From the NCBI GenBank assembly GCA_964471275.1, contig CAYYGZ010000007.1, positions 1 to 43,596 of the forward strand: a stretch of DNA of 43,596 nucleotides. Reading direction: 5' to 3'. Position 1 is the first letter of the stretch. Every line of letters begins with the position of its first letter. Below the pieces are notes generated by a model that had not been told where the DNA came from, did no database searches, and worked only from the letters and a program-made list of their open reading frames with translations. Shown in pieces: positions 1-9,142 of the stretch. Source of the DNA: an uncultured bacterium (GTDB lineage Bacteria; Latescibacterota; UBA2968). A program made the position numbers and the translations under genes.

Positions 1-82
1 CACACTTCGAATACCCTCAGAGATCTTCTGGGGAGATCAAAGGAGGACCTGAAGTGTCAACACCATTACGACACTGGACAAC

Positions 83-1225
83 CTAGTATCGGTCCCGTAA
101 AGCCACAAACTCATCGAGCATAGCCATGAAATTCTCATAGGTTGTGTTCTTGGCGACCGAATGGCTCGGGCCGAGGATAAAGCCGCCACCCGGTGCGCCT
201 CGCTCCATCGCCGTTCGTACCTCCTGGCGAACATCTTCGGGTGTGCCCGTGATCAGGACTTCGACCGCGACACCGCCCCAGAAGCAGAGCCGATCCCCAT
301 ACAGTTCCTTCAGCTTCCCGACCTCCATCCCCGCGGTCGTCTGCAGTGACTGGTAACAGTCAATCCCGGTGTCGATAAACATCTCCATCAGCGGGAAGTT
401 GTTCCCGCAATTATGAAATATCACCTGGTCGACCTGTTCCTTCACGCGTCCGATACGCTCCGCCATGTAAGGTAGACACATCTCGCGGAACATCTCTGGT
501 GAGATCAGCGGACCATTCGAACCGGCCATATCCTGCTCCATCAGCACACCCGTCACGCCGGGCCGGATATGCGAGGCGTCGTTCTGATTCTGTGTTGCCA
601 CCGACCGTCGGTTTGCCGCCACAACGACATCAGGTTGCAGCAGATGCATCATCAGTCCGTTCTCGGTGCCTCCAAGCAGCGTGAGCGCCGTAAAACCCCC
701 TGTCGTGCTGGCCACATACCGTTCCTCACCCAGCTCCTGGATGACATAATCACACGCCTCAAAGATTGACGGATCAGGCTCCGGGGCCTCGGGAGACCCT
801 TCAAAATCAGTCAGCGAAAATGTCCGCTCCCCCTTCACCGGGTCGTGCACACACTGGATCTCGTTCGCATTCCGTGCGGCCTGGTAGATGCGTCCGTTCC
901 GGTCTTCCCACCGGTCGTCGCCGATCTTTCTTGGGGGATCCGGATCGTAGTCCACCGGCGGCAGCAGCGGCGCCTCCTTCGGCAGGATCACATCTGCACA
1001 GTCGATCTTCCGGTAGAATTCGACGGTGTCCTTCTTGAAGCTGTCGGCGACCTCCTCCCGCCTACCCTCCCACAGCGCGATCTGAATCTCGATCTTGTTT
1101 CGCACGTATGTCGGCCGCCCGATCACGGCTTCGATGATGTCGTAATCCACCGCATAAAACCCGAGCGGCACTCTGTCCACGGTTTCGCGCGCGATCGTTG
1201 CCTTGACCCGTTCCTTCGATGTCAT
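83..1225 (-). CDS. Uroporphyrinogen decarboxylase (URO-D)/MtaA-CmuA-like methyltransferase family protein
   Basis: Start MTSKERV at ATG 1225 behind an AGAGAGGA RBS (the ORF-track extension to 1519 is spurious). Motifs: DRVP, DMAGSNGPLISPEMFRE, FHNCGN, FWGGV, GGGFILGPSHSV. Confidence 0.88.
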   Translation of the reverse strand: MTSKERVKATIARETVDRVPLGFYAVDYDIIEAVIGRPTYVRNKIEIQIALWEGRREEVADSFKKDTVEFYRKIDCADVILPKEAPLLPPVDYDPDPPRKIGDDRWEDRNGRIYQAARNANEIQCVHDPVKGERTFSLTDFEGSPEAPEPDPSIFEACDYVIQELGEERYVASTTGGFTALTLLGGTENGLMMHLLQPDVVVAANRRSVATQNQNDASHIRPGVTGVLMEQDMAGSNGPLISPEMFREMCLPYMAERIGRVKEQVDQVIFHNCGNNFPLMEMFIDTGIDCYQSLQTTAGMEVGKLKELYGDRLCFWGGVAVEVLITGTPEDVRQEVRTAMERGAPGGGFILGPSHSVAKNTTYENFMAMLDEFVALRDRY

Positions 1226-1284
1226 GCAAATCCTCTCTGTCCATCTGACAACATCAAAAGCCAAGCTTTCGATTGAACCGATCT

Positions 1285-1689
1285 CTATGATACATCCAGC
1301 CGAGCGCCACGTTCTACAACGATGCGCCGCACGTCGAGAGGATCGAGGTCGGAAACATCGCAGCCACGCTGTGTCGCGAGTTCCGCACCGATCCCGGCCG
1401 CCTGACCCATCATCGCGCACGTTGTTGTAACACGTGCGGAGGAACAGGCCAGCTACTCCGCCGACGCGTCGAAACGATCTGTCTCCTTCGTCAGGACCAC
1501 CACCGCATCGGGGCACCATTGCACGAGTGCTTCGAACACGCTGCCACCGAATTCGACAGCCACATCATCGGCTTTCGCCCGCTTACGGTTGTAGTAACCG
1601 GGCTCCACGTCATCCTGAACAGCCAGACAGGGCAGGTAGTTCTGTCTCGCCACCCTCCACATATCCACAATGCCGATCTTCAAACTCAA
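1285..1689 (-). pseudogene. Chimeric remnant: Gfo/Idh/MocA N-terminus fused to the C-terminus of an FAD-dependent oxidoreductase (PF12831-like)
   Basis: 1689-1453 reads MSLKIGIVDMWRVARQNYLP..YNRKRAKA..PDAVVVLT, a Rossmann start with a decayed GxGxxA. Past the TAG the same frame reads LACSSARVTTTCAMMGQAAGIGAELA..RGARLDVS*, the typical PF12831 tail. Confidence 0.75.
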
Positions 1690-1776
1690 ACCATCCCCTC
1701 TCGCGGCCCCTGATGTGAACGCTCGTCCGGTTTCGCGTTGCGGAACCTGGAACGCACCCGCAGTTTTGAAACGCTT

Positions 1777-2871
1777 CTATCCTTCCAGAATCCAATCCAC
1801 ATCAAACCGCGACACGCTCACGTAAGCCGTATCGTACTGCCCCTCGATCTTCCCCTCCTCGTAGATACAGCAGACCAGTCCATCCTGACTCTGTGCCATA
1901 TCCGAGTAGCTCGAAGGGCCCGGCTGGATCACACGCGACCCTGTCCACGTCTGACAATCATCCGTGCTCCGTTTGACCGTCAGGTTCTTCCTGTCGTGCG
2001 CGACACGATCAGGCGATGTGAATGCGTGCTCGAGCGCATCACAGTTCGCGAACACGACACTACCATCATCCAATCTCAGGATACTTGCCATGCAAACGGG
2101 CTCAAGTAATTCTTCATCCGTTACCGGTTCCGACCATCCGGCGGTCCCATCCGGACTGACCGACACGAACCGACGATGCAAGGGGGACTCCGTGCGAATG
2201 TTGAACAGCACGCCGCCGTCCAGCAATTCGAGCGGCAGTGTCTCGCTTGGGTTCACCACATCACCCACACCATCACGGCAAAGGATTTCACCCAGCTGCC
2301 ACATCTTCCCACTGTCATCGCTGTAGGTGCCTGCCACCACGGAGGGTCGATGTCCCAGTTTCCCGGGGCCAAATTCCCTACCACTCCCATCTGACATCCA
2401 GACCGGGATAATGTACCGCCCCCCCCTTAGCTGGATACCGTGCCCCGGCCCTGTGGCGATCACCTTCCACGGGTAGACATCACGCCACGGCTCGAATGTC
2501 TCCGTGATATCCTCCGGCTCAGACCACGTAGACCCGTCGTCATTGCTTCGTGTCGAGAACACGCGTGCATAGCTGTGACAGAAGAGGGCCTGGACCTCGC
2601 CATCGGATTGATCGCTGATCATCACAAAATTGCTGATGGGTCCGGGACCGTAGGCATCACAGGCCACGACAACCTTCACGTCATCCCAAGTATTGCCGCC
2701 GTCATCGCTACGACGCATCACCAGGTCGTTCCCATCCCAATCACCGCCCTTCCCCCGTCTCGCCTCTGCCGTCCCGATCAGAACTCCTGACTCCGTAGCC
2801 AGAATGCCCGGAACCCGATAGGTCGAATAACCTGCCGTCCTTGCCTCAAACAGATGTGTCGTGTCAAACAT
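1777..2871 (-). CDS. Exo-alpha-sialidase-like (GH33/BNR repeat) protein
   Basis: YRVP (RIP motif), five Asp-box-like repeats (SDDGGNTW, SNDDGSTW, SDDSGKMW, SPDGTAGW, STDDCQTW) and a C-terminal SSYSD..YE. No signal peptide. Likely start MFDTTH at 2871. Confidence 0.88.
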   Translation of the reverse strand: MFDTTHLFEARTAGYSTYRVPGILATESGVLIGTAEARRGKGGDWDGNDLVMRRSDDGGNTWDDVKVVVACDAYGPGPISNFVMISDQSDGEVQALFCHSYARVFSTRSNDDGSTWSEPEDITETFEPWRDVYPWKVIATGPGHGIQLRGGRYIIPVWMSDGSGREFGPGKLGHRPSVVAGTYSDDSGKMWQLGEILCRDGVGDVVNPSETLPLELLDGGVLFNIRTESPLHRRFVSVSPDGTAGWSEPVTDEELLEPVCMASILRLDDGSVVFANCDALEHAFTSPDRVAHDRKNLTVKRSTDDCQTWTGSRVIQPGPSSYSDMAQSQDGLVCCIYEEGKIEGQYDTAYVSVSRFDVDWILEG

Positions 2872-2995
2872 GTTCAGTTCCCGATTCGTGTCGGACCATC
2901 CACCGAGATGCATGGGCACCCAAGTATGGTTGCACCGTACGCCGTCGTCACTTGCTCAAACAACACTCCCCTCTGCTCCTCTGCTACCCTACCCC

Positions 2996-3595
2996 CTACA
3001 GCTCCACCAGATTCACCTCCTGCCACTGCAATCGCGTCCCGCCCTTCTGCACCTTCAACGTTGCCAGTCCATATCGCGCGACCGATAGGCATATGGCTTC
3101 TCGAAACGGCTTTACGCGAACACGAACTTCGCGTGGGTTGGTCGACGTATTCTGCAACCGGATGACCATTGCGTTCCCCTTGTCAGCGCGCTTGACGCCT
3201 ACGACGTGCACATCGCGATCATCGACCGAGATCGTCTCGGCCAAATCAGAACGCCTACAGGGCTCTGATTTGGTGGGTTGGGGGTAGTAGACCTGCCAGA
3301 TGGGCAGAGCATTCAGCGTGGCTACGGCCTTGTGGATTTTAGATTCGCGGAAGGACGTCCCCACAACGACACGATATGACATCTCGTGCTCACCCTGATC
3401 TTGGCACGGCAGAAACCGACCGTTCAACAGTTCATCGTCTGGATCAATGTTGAAGGAACCGTAGGCGGGTGACCGCATCACATTGATCGCCAGTCGGTCT
3501 CCCGAGAAACTGTGCGCGCAGCTGCCCGTACTCGCGACCGCAGTAGAGTACTGACAGAATGAGTTCGTTACAGGATTACTCAGGCTGAACGACAA
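2996..3595 (-). pseudogene. C-terminal fragment of a GH38 alpha-mannosidase-like glycosidase
   Basis: Contains MRSPAY, DQGEHEMSY and VKRADKGNAMVIRLQN, typical of the GH38 C-terminal beta-sandwich. The catalytic N-terminal domain is absent. Confidence 0.7.
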
Positions 3596-3601
3596 TCTTG
3601 G

Positions 3602-3633
3602 TCTTCAATCTTCTTTTATCAATTATCAATCTC
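3602..3633. repeat. Degenerate heptamer array (TCAATCT/TCAATTA-like), copy 1
   Basis: tcttcaatcttcttttatcaattatcaatctc matches 5457-5488 at 25 of 32 positions. Confidence 0.6.
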
Positions 3634-3653
3634 GATCCATTCCTATCGTTCCC

Positions 3654-4150
3654 CTATCTGACACCGGCCTCAAGCGCTCGGTCAAGGTCTTCGATGATGT
3701 CGTCTGCACCACTTTCGAGCGGGCGATACAGATAGGACGTAAGGAACGTGTTATCGACTACGGTCACGGCACCAGCGGCACGCGCGATCTCGACTCACCT
3801 TGGGCGCATCGATCACGTCGATATACGGATTGGCGATCGGCTCAAAGTAGACGACAGTCGTCGGTACGTTGACAGCATCAGCCAGTTGGTTGAGATCCGT
3901 CATATCAATCTGTACGATCTTGAACCCAAACTTGGGCAACAGTTCCTTCAATAGATGCTGGACGCCACTATACATTGTCCTGTGTGGCCACCAGCTGGTC
4001 GCCGGTCTAGAGCAGGCTCATAAGCACCTGCGTGATCGCCGCCATCCCGCTTGCCGTCGCCGCCTGGTAGATCCGGATCGCGGAGGCGCCAGGATCTTCT
4101 CCAGCGTGAATCACCCGGGTTGCGAACCCCCTGCTCCTTTCGTCTGACAC
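3654..4150 (-). pseudogene. Cys/Met metabolism PLP enzyme (methionine gamma-lyase / cystathionine gamma-synthase family), internally deleted
   Basis: Reads MSDERSRGFATRVIHAGE..IYQAAT|ASGMAAI..L*TGD..(frameshift)MYSG..VYFEPIANP..(frameshift)VVDNTFLTSYLYRPLESGAD|DIIEDLDRAL*. In-frame TAG at 4007-4009. The PLP-lysine segment is missing. Confidence 0.88.
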
Positions 4151-4160
4151 CGCTTTCCTC

Positions 4161-5327
4161 TCAGTCAGGTTCTGCCCGGTTGGACAATGTCACACCGGAC
4201 AGGTCTATCCCTTCGCAATGTCTGCAGACGATGGAGTCCTCACCAAATGTATCGATCTGCACGTTGGAGAAACGCACATCCCGGATGATCGTTTCCGCGC
4301 TCCCCTGCACCAGGATCGGCTCTCCGCTTCTGATCTTAAAATCCGAAAAACTCAAATCCGAAATCCTCGACAAAGCAATACCCTCATCGACGAAGAGCTT
4401 GATCGGAATCCGGTCACTGTTTACGACCACATGGGTGAACTGAATACTCGAGATATCGGCACTGCCCTCGCTGCAGGAGGGCAGATATCGATGCGGATTG
4501 TCGAAAACGATCCCGTTATTCTGACTGTTGATCACCAAGTTTGAAAAGGTCGCATTCCGAATCATCCCGTCTCCGGGACAGCCCACACGCACGCCCTGGC
4601 ACCCGCTGGCAAGCACACAGTTCGTGACAGCGACGTTCTCGCATATGGCCGGTGTATCGTATAGAGGCTGGATCGCACGCAAGACCACGCAGTCATCTTC
4701 GGTATCCATCCGGCAGTCGCTCACGGTCACGTTCCTGCAGGCATCCAGGTCGATCCCGTCCACGTTTCGCAGCCGTCTGTTTCCCGTAACCGTGATACCC
4801 CGAATCCGTACACCATCGCACTGCATCAGCCACAGCGTCCAGCACGGCGAGTCGACACAATTGACTCCCTCGATTCGGATATCCAGGCACCGATAGAACA
4901 TGCCGATTCGCGGTCGAGGCGTATCGGGCTTGTCCAATTTGCCCTGCACCCCATCCGTAACGTAGAAGGCCAGTCCCTTACCGTCGATCGTACCCGAACC
5001 CGTGATCGCGATATCTTCGGCATCGACCGCCCGTATGAGCGCGTGAGCAGATTGCTCGGGAGCACGCTCGTGATGGAAACCCTCCGCGACGATCATCGGA
5101 TAGTCATCAAGACTCGGACTCCCCACCACACGACATCCTGAGGCCAGATGCAGCTCGACGTGGCTCTTCAGTTCCACAGAGCCTGTCAGCCATTGTCCCG
5201 CACCACACACCACGCGGCCACCACCTGCTTCGTGACAAGCGACCAGAGCTCTCTGGATTGCCTCCGTATTGAGCGTCTTCCCGTCCGCAACAGCACCATA
5301 GTCGACGATGGAGAACTCATTGCTCAT
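4161..5327 (-). CDS. Glycoside hydrolase family 28 (polygalacturonase-like beta-helix)
   Basis: YGAVADGKTLNTEAIQRA, GSVELKS, NVDGIDLD and EDDCVVLR (NTD/DD catalytic equivalents). Confidence 0.9.
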   Translation of the reverse strand: MSNEFSIVDYGAVADGKTLNTEAIQRALVACHEAGGGRVVCGAGQWLTGSVELKSHVELHLASGCRVVGSPSLDDYPMIVAEGFHHERAPEQSAHALIRAVDAEDIAITGSGTIDGKGLAFYVTDGVQGKLDKPDTPRPRIGMFYRCLDIRIEGVNCVDSPCWTLWLMQCDGVRIRGITVTGNRRLRNVDGIDLDACRNVTVSDCRMDTEDDCVVLRAIQPLYDTPAICENVAVTNCVLASGCQGVRVGCPGDGMIRNATFSNLVINSQNNGIVFDNPHRYLPSCSEGSADISSIQFTHVVVNSDRIPIKLFVDEGIALSRISDLSFSDFKIRSGEPILVQGSAETIIRDVRFSNVQIDTFGEDSIVCRHCEGIDLSGVTLSNRAEPD

Positions 5328-5456
5328 GCCTTACGTCCTCTCAAACTTAACATCGTAACTCACCGAACAAGTGAACGGCTGCATCGCCACCAGCTGAACC
5401 CTAGGATTCAGTAGAACTCCTTGCGGTCGTGGCGTCAGAACGCCTTTGACTCTCAA

Positions 5457-5488
5457 TCCTCGATCTTCTCTCATCAATCATCGATCAC
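5457..5488. repeat. Degenerate heptamer array (TCAATCA/TCGATCA-like), copy 2
   Basis: Units tcaatcc/tcgatct/tctctca/tcaatca/tcgatca start at 5453, directly after the DUF5916 stop. Similar to 3602-3633. Confidence 0.6.
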
Positions 5489-5490
5489 CC

Positions 5491-7815
5491 TCACCGTTTC
5501 CAGAAGTAGGAAACCTTCAGCTGAACCGACCGATTGCGCTGTCTAAACTCACCCTCGGTATCCCACGCGTGGTTGTAAACCAGAAACAGATCGCTTCCCG
5601 GCGCATACTGATAGTTGAGCAGAAAATTGCTCCCGATGATCTCGCGAGCGCTGTTCCACTGGACAAGCCCGCGAACAAAGAAGCCGGGACTGAAGGAGTA
5701 AAGCAGTCGGCTCGTGATCTGGTTTGTCAGAAACGACCCGGCAGGGAGAGAGACCCGATTGAAACCGTAGCTGCTCTCGACCGATAATCGGCTGTTGACC
5801 TTCACGTTCACATCAGTCGAGATACGGTGTCGTGTACCATCGAAAAACTCGCCCAACTGGTAGCTGAAGAAGCCACCAACTCTGCGCGCGTCGTTCGGAA
5901 AGAAATTAAAGCTGGCCGTGCTGAAGGCGTAGTCGCCAACGGGTATCTCGATACCCTCGTGAACCTTGAACGACTCGTCCAGCCGCTCGAACCTTCGGGT
6001 ATAGCGCGCACCGATCCAATCACCCACTTCCAGATTGAGGAAGAGCCGATACTCAAACTCACTCGACTGGAGCAGACCCGGCTGATCGGTCACATAGGCG
6101 AGCTCTGGGCCCGTGCTGATCTGTCGAATGCTTGAATACTTCGGGCGGCTGCGATAGCTGGCGTCCAGCTTGTACTGTCTCAGGTCGTTCCGCGCGACAA
6201 ACCCGACTTCCGGGTTGAAATTCTCCTGCACATCCAGATACGATCCTTCGAACTCGAATCCCCCTCTCCGGAATTCGACTTCACCGGACCCCGCAACGTC
6301 CTCACCCACCTCACCGGGCGTCCAGCTCTTTGCGATGAATCCCTTCACACTGACTGCGGCGTCGAAGAACGATAGATTCACGTCTCCGCCGAGCACACGG
6401 TTGTAGTCTTCGTCCTCTCCTGGAGACCGGTTCGTCGCGATCACACCGACGCTGGACCGGCCAAAAAGGTCCCGTTTGACACGCATCACCGAGATGTTCG
6501 TTCGGGTCACATCAAGCGTATCGATCACATCGACGTCGAGTGTGTCGACGATGGGTCGATCCGTCAGTTCGACCTCGTCCTCGTCCAACAGGAGACCGGT
6601 ATCTGTCAAGAAACGCTCTTCTTCGTCCTCGTCGACAAACACTCTCGCTTCGGTCATCATGTTGAGCGCGCCGATCTGGAAACCGCTTGCACGTCCGGTA
6701 AGCTTGCTCCCGACGATCACGGGCAGATTGTGACCGTCCTGGATCCCGATCCGCCGGCTGTAGAAGACCAAAGTTGGCGGTCGCCCGCCGCTCCCGCCCC
6801 GAAAGGACACTGTCTCACCGAAATCGAATATCGATGCGCCTTCCAGGAAAAAGTCACGCAGTTCCGGAAAGAAAAGGCTGAATCGCGTCAAATTCACCTG
6901 CTCCTGGTCCGCTTCCACCTGGGCGAAGTCTGTCTTGTAGGAGAGGTCCAGCGTCATTTGAGGCGTAAGCCCGTACTTCAAATCGACACCCGCGTCCAGC
7001 GTGGGCTCTTCCGTCGGATCCAGACCATCAAAGTCCCGGTTGGTTCCACCCAGCGAATATGGCGTGATCTGAAGACGCGTCTTCGTTCGCAGGGCGCCCA
7101 GACCTTCCAACCGACCGAGGAGAGATGTCCGGTAGTCGCCCCGGAACCCGTAGGCCTGAGGCGGAGGGATCAGAAAGACTCGTTCGTTCTTTCGGGCGAT
7201 GCCACGGGCAAAGTTGATTCCCCAGACCGCATCCTCGCTCTCGGCATATCGAAGCTGATCCAGATCGATCGCCATCTCCGCGGACCACCCGAGCGAATCT
7301 CTCCAGCTTCGCGAGATCCAGACACAATCCCACGCCTCGTTGCGCGATCGGCCTTCATCAGTCAAGATGATGTCATTCAGCGCACCCGCCGGATTCGTCC
7401 TGAAGTAGAAACCGCCTCGCCCGTCATTGTAGGTATCCAGGAGAACCGACACGAAGTCATCTTCGTGGAGTTCGGAATCACGCTGCATGCGGTTCGCGAC
7501 CACACGATCTGGCTCAGAGTCGAAGCAACGAAAGGCTACGTAGATCCGTTTCTCATCGTGGAGAACACGAATCACCGTACGCTCTGTCTCGGGAACCCCC
7601 TCGATCGGCTCTCGCTGAAACAGACCCTTGACAGGCTCCGCGAGACGCCACGCTTCATCATCCAGCCTGCCATCTATCCTGGGTGGGCTTGGTGTGAGAC
7701 GTGTGCTGACAGTCCGGGTTGGAGTGATCTGTTCGTTTTCAGCGAACAGATCGGCGGGTCCTGCGGAAAGCACAACAAAGATCGATAGGAAACAGAATAC
7801 TCGGAGCGGCATCAT
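5491..7815 (-). CDS. CBM9-like + DUF5916 outer-membrane beta-barrel protein
   Basis: Signal peptide; PRIDGRLDDEAW (CBM9-like); DFAQVEADQEQVNLTRFSLFFPELRDFFLEG and FYSRRIG (DUF5916); aromatic C-terminal strand KVSYFW. Confidence 0.87.
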   Translation of the reverse strand: MMPLRVFCFLSIFVVLSAGPADLFAENEQITPTRTVSTRLTPSPPRIDGRLDDEAWRLAEPVKGLFQREPIEGVPETERTVIRVLHDEKRIYVAFRCFDSEPDRVVANRMQRDSELHEDDFVSVLLDTYNDGRGGFYFRTNPAGALNDIILTDEGRSRNEAWDCVWISRSWRDSLGWSAEMAIDLDQLRYAESEDAVWGINFARGIARKNERVFLIPPPQAYGFRGDYRTSLLGRLEGLGALRTKTRLQITPYSLGGTNRDFDGLDPTEEPTLDAGVDLKYGLTPQMTLDLSYKTDFAQVEADQEQVNLTRFSLFFPELRDFFLEGASIFDFGETVSFRGGSGGRPPTLVFYSRRIGIQDGHNLPVIVGSKLTGRASGFQIGALNMMTEARVFVDEDEEERFLTDTGLLLDEDEVELTDRPIVDTLDVDVIDTLDVTRTNISVMRVKRDLFGRSSVGVIATNRSPGEDEDYNRVLGGDVNLSFFDAAVSVKGFIAKSWTPGEVGEDVAGSGEVEFRRGGFEFEGSYLDVQENFNPEVGFVARNDLRQYKLDASYRSRPKYSSIRQISTGPELAYVTDQPGLLQSSEFEYRLFLNLEVGDWIGARYTRRFERLDESFKVHEGIEIPVGDYAFSTASFNFFPNDARRVGGFFSYQLGEFFDGTRHRISTDVNVKVNSRLSVESSYGFNRVSLPAGSFLTNQITSRLLYSFSPGFFVRGLVQWNSAREIIGSNFLLNYQYAPGSDLFLVYNHAWDTEGEFRQRNRSVQLKVSYFWKR

Positions 7816-7921
7816 AGACGATTCGATTGACTCTGGTTTCAGTGCACTCATTGACAAACAAAGAGAGGCCACGATGTGACTCGTAGCCCCTCCATTCTGC
7901 TGAGACCGTTGACGCGGTTGG

Positions 7922-8731
7922 CTAAGCAGTCGCCTTCTGCGGCTGATACTCGATCCTGCGCATGAACCGCTCGCCCACGTCGTAATCGGGCTGATCAGAC
8001 ACGTATCGCCATTGCTGAACGCGCTTCATCAGTTCATACCGTTGATCGTTCCCTTCCCAACCATAACGTGCCGACAGGATCCTGCCGATCTCCGGATCCT
8101 CGATATCCGTCGTGTTGAAGTTTCTGATCTGCGGCCGGGTCGGGTTGAGGCGCAGCTTGTACATGTAGCGATCCTGGTCCGTATGGTTGCTCCGTGCACC
8201 GTGCCAGAGCCGCGTGTTCCACACATACATGGTTCCCGCCGGACACGTCGCCCAGAGCTTGCCGACAATGTGTTGATACCCTCGGATCTCCCCGGTTCGA
8301 ACGTTTCGGAAGTGAGTTCCCGGCACCAGGAATGTCCCCCCCATCTCGTCGGGGGTGTCCACAGGGAAGAACGAAATCTGGATATCGAAATAGTTTTCGC
8401 GGAAATCGATCACGGAATCCTGGTGCATGTCAGGACCCTTGAGCTGTCCTGCCTTCACAAGGTGGGCCGCGTGGTGGTCATACAGCGGGTCCGGGCCGAC
8501 GAGCGACTGAATCAATCCCTTCACCTTGGGCAGCCGGAAGGCCTCACCCAGAGCCGTTCCCTTGGGCCATGTCTCTTCAAATGGCGTTCCGACGACGAGA
8601 TAGCCCCTGTTGTCCTGCATCTCCTCTCGGCAGGCTGCGCACAGATCGCCTGGAACCATGTCCTCATACATCAGGTAGCCAGAGGAGACAAATCGTGCCA
8701 TATCCTTCGACGAAATCAGGTGCTCGCTCAT
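7922..8731 (-). CDS. Phytanoyl-CoA dioxygenase (PhyH) family Fe(II)/2-oxoglutarate dioxygenase
   Basis: FVSSGYL, MHQD (HxD), GGTFLVPGTH, LWHG (distal His), NHTDQDR. Start MSEHL at 8731 behind GAGGAAGG. Confidence 0.9.
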   Translation of the reverse strand: MSEHLISSKDMARFVSSGYLMYEDMVPGDLCAACREEMQDNRGYLVVGTPFEETWPKGTALGEAFRLPKVKGLIQSLVGPDPLYDHHAAHLVKAGQLKGPDMHQDSVIDFRENYFDIQISFFPVDTPDEMGGTFLVPGTHFRNVRTGEIRGYQHIVGKLWATCPAGTMYVWNTRLWHGARSNHTDQDRYMYKLRLNPTRPQIRNFNTTDIEDPEIGRILSARYGWEGNDQRYELMKRVQQWRYVSDQPDYDVGERFMRRIEYQPQKATA

Positions 8732-8732
8732 C

Positions 8733-9026
8733 TCAACCTTCCTCCTCAGGCTGCAATTCATTGAATCGCGAAAGCACGGTCTGATACGGAATCGGTCCCA
8801 GTTCGTAGCCGTCATCCTCCGAGCGCTGCTTGTACTCACTCATCTGGATCACTTCCCATCCGTCCCGCATCGCAGCCATCGCGTTCCGGTATGGTGGGTC
8901 ACTCTCCTCGATCAGGTCCTTGATCCCGGTACCTTTCGATGCCTCGTAATGCGCCCACGCGACGGGAGCGGCGTCAAGGGCGGGGTTGGTCTGGAACAGT
9001 ACCAGAATATCCTGTACTGCGGGCAT
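8733..9026 (-). CDS. Small conserved hypothetical protein (97 aa) coupled to phyH
   Basis: RBS GAGAGAAG. Its stop lies 1 nt from the PhyH start. Motif PPY-x3-AAMRDGW-x-VIQ. Confidence 0.8.
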   Translation of the reverse strand: MPAVQDILVLFQTNPALDAAPVAWAHYEASKGTGIKDLIEESDPPYRNAMAAMRDGWEVIQMSEYKQRSEDDGYELGPIPYQTVLSRFNELQPEEEG

Positions 9027-9092
9027 ATCGCACTTCTCTCTGTTGGTGATCGGTCTGAGCCGTGACTATGGCTATGGTGAGTTGCAGCCTAC

Positions 9093-9121
9093 ACACTAAA
9101 CTGACGATCGTCTGGGATCAA
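9093..9121 (-). promoter_or_regulatory. Candidate sigma70 promoter with a palindrome in the spacer
   Basis: TTGATC-N17-TAGTGT on the minus strand; perfect palindrome GACGATCGTC at 9103-9112. Confidence 0.45.
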
Positions 9122-9142
9122 GGCGAAAATCGCGTGATCCGG

